Below, in pieces: positions 9,506 to 16,124 of a stretch of 64,000 nucleotides of DNA. The stretch lies in the NCBI GenBank assembly GCA_039027815.1, contig JBCCJK010000001.1, positions 52,779 through 116,778 of the forward strand. The letters are read 5' to 3'. The stretch is from Verrucomicrobiota bacterium (GTDB taxonomy: Bacteria > Verrucomicrobiota > Verrucomicrobiia > Verrucomicrobiales > JBCCJK01). The notes beneath the pieces are model-generated. The model did not search any database. It was not told where the DNA came from and saw nothing but the letters and a program-made list of their open reading frames with translations. Made by a program: the position numbers and the translations under genes. Position 1 is the first letter of the stretch. The number at the start of each line of letters is the position of its first letter.

Positions 9506-10114
9506 ATGGCTCGTGTTCTCCCCCTGTTTTTCCTGACCTGCTCGCTCTTTCTGGCGGCTTGCGAGAAGAAGGAACCGCCCCCTGCGGCGCCGTCTCAGGA
9601 AACCAGCCTTCCCCGGCCCCCTGATCGCCCCCCTTTCCACCAGGAACTCTTCCTGGAAGCCGCCCTCAACGGCAACCTGGCCGTCATCGAAGAAGGTCTC
9701 CGACGTGGGAACCAGTTGGAAGCCGAGGGGGAAGGCCAGCGCACCGTCCTCATGCAGGCCTCCTTCAACGGCCACAGCGAAGTCGTTCGCCTGCTCCTGA
9801 AGGCGGGGGCCAACGTCGCTCACCGGGACGCCGCCCGCCGGACCTCGCTCATGTATGCCTGCACGGGCGACAACATGGACACCATTCGCCTCCTTCTTCG
9901 GCATGGGGCCGAGGTCAATGCCGTGGATGGCGAGGAGCAATTCAGTCCTCTCATGTATGCCGCAGCCGAAGGTCTCGCGAGCGTGGTCTCCCTGCTCTTG
10001 GAAAAGGGAGCGGACCCGGAGCATCGCGACCGCGATGGCGATACGGCTGCCGATTTCGCCAGACGAGCCGGGCATCTCGCAGTCGCCAAATTGATCGAAG
10101 AAGCGGCTGGTTGA
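9506..10114 (+). CDS. Ankyrin-repeat lipoprotein
   Basis: 202 aa with lipobox LFLAAC. At least four ANK repeats (e.g. GQRTVLMQASFNGHSEVVRLLLKAGANVAHRD; FSPLMYAAAEGLASVVSLLLEKGADPEHRD). Confidence 0.8.
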   Translation: MARVLPLFFLTCSLFLAACEKKEPPPAAPSQETSLPRPPDRPPFHQELFLEAALNGNLAVIEEGLRRGNQLEAEGEGQRTVLMQASFNGHSEVVRLLLKAGANVAHRDAARRTSLMYACTGDNMDTIRLLLRHGAEVNAVDGEEQFSPLMYAAAEGLASVVSLLLEKGADPEHRDRDGDTAADFARRAGHLAVAKLIEEAAG

Positions 10115-10633
10115 ATGGGCTGCCCGCCACCCCTCATGGCCTCCTTCCCGGAAATCCCCACTCCGCCCCAGCTCTTTCGTCAATTTGACGAAGGACGCAT
10201 CGCTCACGAAGAGCTTCTCGCCAAGCTGCGGGAGCACGCCCTTCTCTTGATCGAAGAAATGGAGGAGAATCACGCCCATCCCCTGCGCGCCTTCTTCGAT
10301 GCGCAACTGGCTCGGCACGCAGCCGCGGTCCTTCGGCGCAAGCACGGCGAGCCCGCCGTTCGTGAAATCCTGGCCGCCTTGGCTCAGCTGGAAGGCTTCC
10401 CCCCGGCGCACCTCCTTTGGAATGCGGAGGATCGCAGCGTCCCGCTTCCCACGCTTTTGCGCCAACGCCAAGAACCCGTCTTCCGCATCCTTCACCTGGA
10501 AGCCAAGGCCCAATTGGCGTCCATCGAAGTTGAGTGGGGTCGTTCTTCTCGCAAACACAGCACGCGGGAGCGCTTCGAGCTCCGGCGCGACTGGGAAGGC
10601 CGTCTTCGCGTGGTCCGACGGAATCCTGCTTGA
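10115..10633 (+). CDS. Hypothetical protein (translationally adjacent to ankyrin gene, TGA-ATG)
   Basis: 172-aa ORF starting at the base after the ankyrin gene's stop. No recognisable domain. Confidence 0.5.
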   Translation: MGCPPPLMASFPEIPTPPQLFRQFDEGRIAHEELLAKLREHALLLIEEMEENHAHPLRAFFDAQLARHAAAVLRRKHGEPAVREILAALAQLEGFPPAHLLWNAEDRSVPLPTLLRQRQEPVFRILHLEAKAQLASIEVEWGRSSRKHSTRERFELRRDWEGRLRVVRRNPA

Positions 10634-10712
10634 AAGCTCGCCCTCCGCAAGCCAACCTCTCGCGCCTTGGCCCTCTCGCCGCCAAGCGATCACCTGCAAG
10701 CCGAACTTTCTC

Positions 10713-11426
10713 ATGGGACGCGCCTTCGAATACCGCCGCAAATCCAAAGAAGCCCGCTGGGACAAAATGTCGAAGGTCTTCCCGAAATTGGCCAAGAGCA
10801 TCACCATCGCGGTCAAGGAAGGCGGCGGCCCCGACCCGGAGTCGAACTCCAAGCTCCGTCTCGCGATCGCCAACGCCAAGGCAGAGAACATGCCCAAAGA
10901 CAATGTTGACAAGGCCATTGCCCGGGCCACGGGCAAGGACGCCGCCGAAATCGTCGAAATCCACTATGAAGGCAAAGGCCCGCATGGGAGCATGCTCTGG
11001 GTCGAGTGCGCCGCCGACAACACCAACCGAACCGTGGCCAGCCTCAAAACCATCCTCAACAAGAACGGTGGCGAAATGGTCAACTCAGGGGCCCTCAGTT
11101 TCCTCTTCACCCGGAAAGCCGTGGTGGAATTCCAAACCACTAGCGAAATGGATTTGGAAGAAGTGGAATTGGAACTCATCGATCACGGGCTGGAAGACTT
11201 TGTCGAGCACCAAGGCCTCGTCACCGTGACCGGAGAATTCACCGCCTTCGGCGCTCTGACCGAAGCGGTGGAAAAGCTGGGAATCACGACCACCAAAACC
11301 AGCCTCAAAATGCTCCCGACCTCGCCCATCGAATTGAGCGAGGCCCAGATGGAAGAGGTGGAGAGCCTGATCGACAAGCTGGAAGACGACGAGGACGTGC
11401 AGGCCGTCTACACCAACATCGCGTAA
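10713..11426 (+). CDS. yebC: YebC/PmpR family DNA-binding regulator
   Basis: ORF 10299-11426 trimmed to the in-frame ATG at 10713. MGRAFEYRRKSKEARWDKMSKVFPKLAKSITIAVKEGGGPDPESNSKLRLAIANAKAENMPKDNVDKAI is the canonical YebC N-terminus. Confidence 0.9.
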   Translation: MGRAFEYRRKSKEARWDKMSKVFPKLAKSITIAVKEGGGPDPESNSKLRLAIANAKAENMPKDNVDKAIARATGKDAAEIVEIHYEGKGPHGSMLWVECAADNTNRTVASLKTILNKNGGEMVNSGALSFLFTRKAVVEFQTTSEMDLEEVELELIDHGLEDFVEHQGLVTVTGEFTAFGALTEAVEKLGITTTKTSLKMLPTSPIELSEAQMEEVESLIDKLEDDEDVQAVYTNIA

Positions 11427-11440
11427 GCCCACGCCTCCGC

Positions 11441-11652
11441 CTCATACCAAGCTGCAGAATTGGCTGGTAGAATGGCCGAGTGGATTTCGGGCCAGACCAA
11501 GGCGCGACGAGGGCGCGGTGCAAGCACCGTAACCGAGGAGCAACGCTGGGCTGGCTCGAAAGACACCGGCTCTCCCTTCCCCGCGCTTCAGCGCCTCTTC
11601 CCCACAACACCTTCCCTCCATTCTTCCAGTGAATTCTGGAGGTTGGTATCAG
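11441..11652 (+). repeat. 212-bp MITE-like / structured repeat, copy 1
   Basis: One of four equal-length copies with 3 differences from the consensus. TIR is ATACCAAGCTGCAGAATTGGCTGG ... CCAGTGAATTCTGGAGGTTGGTAT. Lies between convergent yebC and the nucleotidyltransferase gene, and contains the latter's stop codon (11649-11651). Confidence 0.9.
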
Positions 11653-12554
11653 AAAAGCCTCTCGGGATACTCTCCGGAATCGATGAGCTTTTGGATGCTA
11701 GCGATCACCTGTGGTCGATCCTCTTGGTAGGTCACGCCGAACCATGGGCTCTCTGTTTTCCGCACTCGAACTTCCGCCTTCCCATCCTGGATGAACTTGT
11801 CCACCTCCGCCGGGACATACCACTCGCTCGTGAGCTCCCCGCCTCTGGCCCGCAAAAACTCCACGAAAGAACGCTCCAGGAGCTGGAAGAAGCTGGGACG
11901 GAAAAGCCAGAAATTCATGGAAGCGAGCTCCTCTCCCGTGAGAGCGCACTCCTGGCCCTCCTCCTCATTGTAGACCCCTCCTTCTTTCGCCACGATCTTG
12001 GTCATCTCCTTAACCGAGGTGAGAAAGCCCCGCTCGTTGGCACGACAGATCCCACGGGCGACCGAGCCATACTCCGACAAGGTGTTTTTCAGTTGGAATC
12101 CCACCATTCCATACTGGGCCTTCTCGGACTCATCCCGCTCTTGGGACAGCTCTGCCACCGCCACTTCAAAAGCCTTCCGCCCATAAAAGTCATCCGCGTT
12201 CAGCATGGCAAAGGGTTCCTGGATCAGCTCACGTGCAGCCAAAACCGCATGCGCCGTGCCCCAAGGCTTCTCTCGACCTTCTGGCACAGCAAAGCCCGCC
12301 GGCACATCTTCCAGAGTTTGGAAAGCGAAGTCCACCGGGACCCGCCCTTCATACTTGGCTGTCACCTTCTCGCGAAAGGCCTGCTCAAAGTCCCGGCGGA
12401 TCACAAAAACCACCTTCCCGAAGCCGGCCCGCCGAGCATCGAAGACCGAGTAGTCCATCATGACCTCACCATGCGGCCCCATGGCGTCGAGCTGCTTGAG
12501 CCCGCCATAGCGGCTTCCCATGCCAGCAGCCAAAAGGAGGAGAGTAGGCTTCAC
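11649..12554 (-). CDS. Sugar-phosphate nucleotidyltransferase family protein
   Basis: 301 aa with a GTG start. The N-terminus MKPTLLLLAAGMGSRYGGLKQ is the NTP-transferase glycine-rich loop. The stop TGA lies inside repeat copy 1. Confidence 0.8.
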   Translation of the reverse strand: MKPTLLLLAAGMGSRYGGLKQLDAMGPHGEVMMDYSVFDARRAGFGKVVFVIRRDFEQAFREKVTAKYEGRVPVDFAFQTLEDVPAGFAVPEGREKPWGTAHAVLAARELIQEPFAMLNADDFYGRKAFEVAVAELSQERDESEKAQYGMVGFQLKNTLSEYGSVARGICRANERGFLTSVKEMTKIVAKEGGVYNEEEGQECALTGEELASMNFWLFRPSFFQLLERSFVEFLRARGGELTSEWYVPAEVDKFIQDGKAEVRVRKTESPWFGVTYQEDRPQVIASIQKLIDSGEYPERLF

Positions 12555-12633
12555 CGGGGCTGCCTACCCATCCTGGGGCAGGCACGCAAGATTCAAGTGA
12601 AACCAAGATCCCCTCCCCTCCGGCGCTTGGCCC

Positions 12634-12845
12634 CTGATACCAAGCTGCAGAATTGGCTGGTAGAATGGCCGAGTGGATTTCGGGCCAGACCAAGGCGCGA
12701 CGAGGGCGCGGTGCAGGCACCGTAACCGAAGAGCAACGCAGGGCTGGCTCGAAAGACACCGGCTCTTCCTTCCCTGCGCTTCAGCGCCTCTTCCCCATAA
12801 CACCTCCCCTCCATTCTTCCAGTGAATTCTGGAGGTTGGTATTAG
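12634..12845 (+). repeat. 212-bp MITE-like / structured repeat, copy 2
   Basis: 6 differences from the consensus, no indels. Contains the stop codon TAA (12842-12844) of the ArsC-family gene. Confidence 0.9.
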
Positions 12846-13192
12846 AAGACCGCTTCCCACTCGGCCGGTCGGAAGCCCGAAAGAGCCGTTTTCCCTTGAA
12901 TCACAAAAGGGCGTTTCACGAGGTTTCCGTGCGTCGAAAGCGCCTCCAAGATTTCCGCCTCGCTGGCCTGGGAAAAGGTTGCTTTCCAGCCATCGCGATA
13001 ATCCTGGCTCGAGGTATTGGTGATCTTGCGCCAATTTCCGGCAGCCGCCACCAGGCCCACTCGCAGTTCGGCCACGCTCGGGGGCGTTTCTCGAATAGGG
13101 ATTTCCTCGAAATCGACTCCCCGTGCCTCCAACCACTTCTTCGCCTTGCCGCAGGTCGAACACTTGGCGTAGCCATAGAGTTTCCAACTCAT
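12842..13192 (-). CDS. ArsC/Spx/MgsR-family (YffB-like) thioredoxin-fold protein
   Basis: ORF 12842-13357 trimmed to the Met at 13192. MSWKLYGYAKCSTCGKAKKWLEARGVDFEEIPIRE... is the typical ArsC-family N-terminus with a CxxC-like motif. Confidence 0.8.
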   Translation of the reverse strand: MSWKLYGYAKCSTCGKAKKWLEARGVDFEEIPIRETPPSVAELRVGLVAAAGNWRKITNTSSQDYRDGWKATFSQASEAEILEALSTHGNLVKRPFVIQGKTALSGFRPAEWEAVF

Positions 13193-13269
13193 CCCGCAGC
13201 CAAGCAAGGATGCACTGAGACCACAAGATTTTTCATTGTGACCAAGGAGGGCTTTCGCTAGCTGTCGAA

Positions 13270-14052
13270 GTGGCTTCCAAAATCGGCATTCTCGACTCCG
13301 GGGTCGGCGGGCTCTCGGTCCTGCGGGAAATCCGGAAGAAGCTTCCTGGAAATCCACTGGTCTACGTGGGCGATTCCGCCTGGTGCCCCTATGGCCCGAA
13401 GGCTCCCTTGACCATCCAAAAACGCGTCTTCTCGATCGTCGATTTTTTGATCGCCCAAGGATGCGACCTGCTGGTGGTCGCCTGCAACTCCGCCACCCTC
13501 TCCGCAGTGGAGGCTCTCCGGGCCTCCTACCTCCTGCCTTTCGTCGGGATGGAACCTGCCATCAAACCGGGAGTGGCCGCTACCAAAAGCGGGGTCATCG
13601 GCGTTTTGGCGACCGAAGCCTCGCTGGCCGGGGAACGGTATCATCAACTCGTCCACCAACACGGCCCAGGCGTGCGCATTCTCACGCGACCCGCGCCCGA
13701 ATTTGTCGAGCTCGTGGAAGCGGGCCTCCTGGCGGGCAGCCAAGTCGAGAGCGCCGTCCACCAACACCTGGACCCGCTCTTACATGAGGGAGCCGACACC
13801 CTCGTCTTAGGCTGCACCCACTATCCTTTTTTGCGACCTGTCATGCAAGCGATCGCGGGAAACCACCTCACCATCCTGGACACCGGCCAAGCGGTCGCCG
13901 AACAGACCGCGCGGCTCGCCAAGCCGGGTGCCGGGCAGGCCTCGGAAATCGTCTTCTACACCACCGCCGACCCCCCGGAAATGAATCGTCTTCTCCCCCT
14001 CCTCTTGCCAGAAATGCCGCCACCCCCTCCCGCACGCCTCCTCGCACTCTAA
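13270..14052 (+). CDS. murI: Glutamate racemase
   Basis: 260 aa with a GTG start. Motifs IGILDSGVGGLSV, ACNSATL and GCTHYPFL carry the two catalytic Cys. Confidence 0.9.
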   Translation: MASKIGILDSGVGGLSVLREIRKKLPGNPLVYVGDSAWCPYGPKAPLTIQKRVFSIVDFLIAQGCDLLVVACNSATLSAVEALRASYLLPFVGMEPAIKPGVAATKSGVIGVLATEASLAGERYHQLVHQHGPGVRILTRPAPEFVELVEAGLLAGSQVESAVHQHLDPLLHEGADTLVLGCTHYPFLRPVMQAIAGNHLTILDTGQAVAEQTARLAKPGAGQASEIVFYTTADPPEMNRLLPLLLPEMPPPPPARLLAL

Positions 14053-14084
14053 GGGCCACTCTAGGGGCACTTCGCATCATGGTC

Positions 14085-15245
14085 TCAGTAGTTGTGAGAC
14101 TCTTGAAGTCGCTTCACGGCATCAAAGTGCGGATCGAAAAGATCCTTCCAAGCCTCGGCCGAAAGAAGTCCCCGGTGGTGGAAGAAAATCACTTGGGCCA
14201 GGCGCCTCCCGAGTGAGGACTCCAAAAAAGAAAGCAGGGGAAAGCCCGGCCTCTCCATTTGGTCCCAGGCCCATCGGAGCAGCCCCTTGAAGCGAAAGTG
14301 CGGAACTTCTTTTTGCAGACGCTCTCCCGGAAGGGCGCCCCTTCCTTCCAAGTGATCGGCTGCCAGAATTCCAGCCCGTCGGCCGATTTCGATCGCTGGG
14401 TGGATTCCACCGCCCGTCAGGGGGGAGACCAGGCCGGCGGCGTCTCCCAGGAGGCAAACTCTCCCTGCGAAGCGACGACGCAAGGGGCCGCCGCAGGGAA
14501 TTCGTCCGCCTCGGCGACCGACCTCTTCCGCCTCCCGCAGGTCAAAAACCTCACCTACCGTCTCCCAGAATGGCTGCCATTTTGGCGGCCTGCCACTTTG
14601 GCTAGCCAGGCCCACTTGGCACACCTGCCCCACCCCTGGAACGACCCAGCCGATGTAGCCTGGCGCCAGCTTTTGGTCGACAAAGACGTGCAGGAATCGG
14701 GGATCGACGCCCCGGACGCCTTGCAGCTCGACTTCCACTCCCAAGAGATGCCGACGATTTGAACTCAACCCAAAAAACTTGGCCACACTCGACCGCTCCC
14801 CATCTGCGCCCATCAGGAGCTGGGCTCGCAGCTTGCCGTGGCGGGTTTCCAGTCGGACTCCCTTCGAGTCCTGCTGCCCTCGAATGACCGTCTCGCCGCA
14901 CCGGACCTCGGCCCCGACCGCCAAAGCGCGCGCTTCCATCCAACGGAGGACAGCCGGCGTGTCGGTCGCAAAAAAAGCATAACCCCGCCTCGCCAGCTCG
15001 ATCGACTTGCCCTGGGGCAGCCAAATCTTGACTCCTTCGATCCGTCGCAAAAGCGCAGACGGGATGTCCAATTGGTCGGCCACTTCCTTGACCAAAATGC
15101 CGGTCGTCCGCACGCCCCTCCCCACCTCTTTTTTTCTCTCCAAGACCACGGTCTCCAGGCCCCGGGCCGCGGCCGCTTGGGCACAGGCCAATCCAGAAAA
15201 ACTTCCTCCAACTATGGCGAGGTGGCACGGTTCACGAAGAATCAT
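14085..15245 (-). CDS. FAD-dependent oxidoreductase, geranylgeranyl-reductase family
   Basis: 386 aa with an N-terminal Rossmann motif (IVGGSFSGLACAQAAAARGLETVVLERK) and a downstream GDAAG motif (LLGDAAGLVSPLTGGGI). Confidence 0.8.
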   Translation of the reverse strand: MILREPCHLAIVGGSFSGLACAQAAAARGLETVVLERKKEVGRGVRTTGILVKEVADQLDIPSALLRRIEGVKIWLPQGKSIELARRGYAFFATDTPAVLRWMEARALAVGAEVRCGETVIRGQQDSKGVRLETRHGKLRAQLLMGADGERSSVAKFFGLSSNRRHLLGVEVELQGVRGVDPRFLHVFVDQKLAPGYIGWVVPGVGQVCQVGLASQSGRPPKWQPFWETVGEVFDLREAEEVGRRGGRIPCGGPLRRRFAGRVCLLGDAAGLVSPLTGGGIHPAIEIGRRAGILAADHLEGRGALPGERLQKEVPHFRFKGLLRWAWDQMERPGFPLLSFLESSLGRRLAQVIFFHHRGLLSAEAWKDLFDPHFDAVKRLQESHNY

Positions 15246-15350
15246 CTCTTCGGTGAGACCACCCCTTGGGCAAGCCGTTCAAAGAAGCTGGAATTTTTTG
15301 CCCGATTTTCCATTGCAGGGAAAGCGGCCTTCCAACGAATGTAGCACCTC

Positions 15351-16124
15351 ATGCAACTCAAATCCCTCCTCCCCCTCCTTCTCAGCGTCCCTCTTCTCGG
15401 CCAAGCGCAGGAGATCGAAACCTTGCTGGCCGGGGTTCGCATCGTCTACCAGGATATGGCGGACGACTTCAAGAATTTCCGCACCTTCAATGCTCAGAAC
15501 GGCCTGGCTTTCTCGATCGGTCTTCGCGGGACCGGGTCGACGCGCTTGATCGATTTTGAAAAGGAGACCTCGACGATCCATTTGCTGACCTCGGATCAGG
15601 CCGAGCCGATCGCTCTTCAACCCGGCTTTCCTTCCCGCTTTTCCGATGACGCGCGAGCCGCCCGGATTGAATTCAAGAGCGACGCGCTGCCGCCCGCTGA
15701 GGCCTCTTTTTATCGTCTGGAGGGGTCGATCTCTCTTCTGGTCGCCCAAGATCAAGAAACCATCTTGAGCGCAGCCACGCCCTTTGAGAAAGGATCGACG
15801 GTCTCCTTGGGCGAGGATCTGGTCTTCAAAATCGAAAAGCTGGGCAAACCGCAATGGGGCGAAATGCCGGTCCAAGTCTCCCTCCAAATTGCTCGCGACA
15901 TCCCCGAAATCGCCGCCTTCCGCTTCTTCGATGGAACGGGCAAGAAGCTCGAAATGAAAGAGGCCGGTAGCAGCCGGATGGGGATGTTCAACAAGGTCAC
16001 TGTCACGCGCACTTTCAATCTCGCCGAGAAGCCCGAAGCCCTCATCGTGGAGGTCGATGTTTGGCAAAATTTGCAAAAGCAGGAAGTCCCCGTGGCCCTG
16101 GCCGTGCCGTTTCCGACCCCATGA
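15351..16124 (+). CDS. Hypothetical secreted protein
   Basis: 257 aa with a signal peptide (MQLKSLLPLLLSVPLLGQAQE). The stop overlaps the next start (ATGA). Confidence 0.55.
   Translation: MQLKSLLPLLLSVPLLGQAQEIETLLAGVRIVYQDMADDFKNFRTFNAQNGLAFSIGLRGTGSTRLIDFEKETSTIHLLTSDQAEPIALQPGFPSRFSDDARAARIEFKSDALPPAEASFYRLEGSISLLVAQDQETILSAATPFEKGSTVSLGEDLVFKIEKLGKPQWGEMPVQVSLQIARDIPEIAAFRFFDGTGKKLEMKEAGSSRMGMFNKVTVTRTFNLAEKPEALIVEVDVWQNLQKQEVPVALAVPFPTP

Noticed and set aside
8864-10936. Very long minus-strand ORF (690 aa). Similar long shadow ORFs occur at 23851-26019 (722 aa), 19834-21048, 15279-16076, 36586-37506, 40165-41376, 41989-43203, 59039-60040 and 60167-61267.
   Set aside because: They lie antisense to genes with clear family signatures. 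They are Arg/Gly/Pro-rich and of low complexity, and show no recognisable motifs. Long antisense ORFs are expected in GC-rich DNA.
11471-11495. tRNA-like segment in the repeat. ATGGCCGAGTGG matches the D-arm of class II tRNAs (Ser/Leu), which might suggest a tRNA-derived SINE-like element.
   Set aside because: I could not fold a cloverleaf. There is no anticodon arm with U33, no T-loop (GTTCRANNC), and no acceptor complement for GGTAGAA. The 11-12 nt match may be coincidental.
11460-12725. ORFs starting inside each repeat (MAGRMAEWISGQTKAR...) and minus-strand ORFs through the repeat (..IPTSRIHWKNGGEV.WGRGAEA.., MSFEPALRCSSVTVPAP..).
   Set aside because: There is no conserved stop within the element; the plus-strand frame runs on into unrelated antisense sequence for a different length at each locus. 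The starts are non-ATG. The substitutions between copies are mostly non-synonymous (R/P, T/I, S/P). Both strands are open simply because the element lacks stop triplets.
11441-12845. Integron-like gene cassettes, with the repeats acting as attC sites.
   Set aside because: There is no intI and no array; the pairs are 46 kb apart. The elements are 212 bp with plain TIRs and lack the attC R''/L''/L'/R' organisation and GTTRRRY core. The enclosed genes also have their own leaders.
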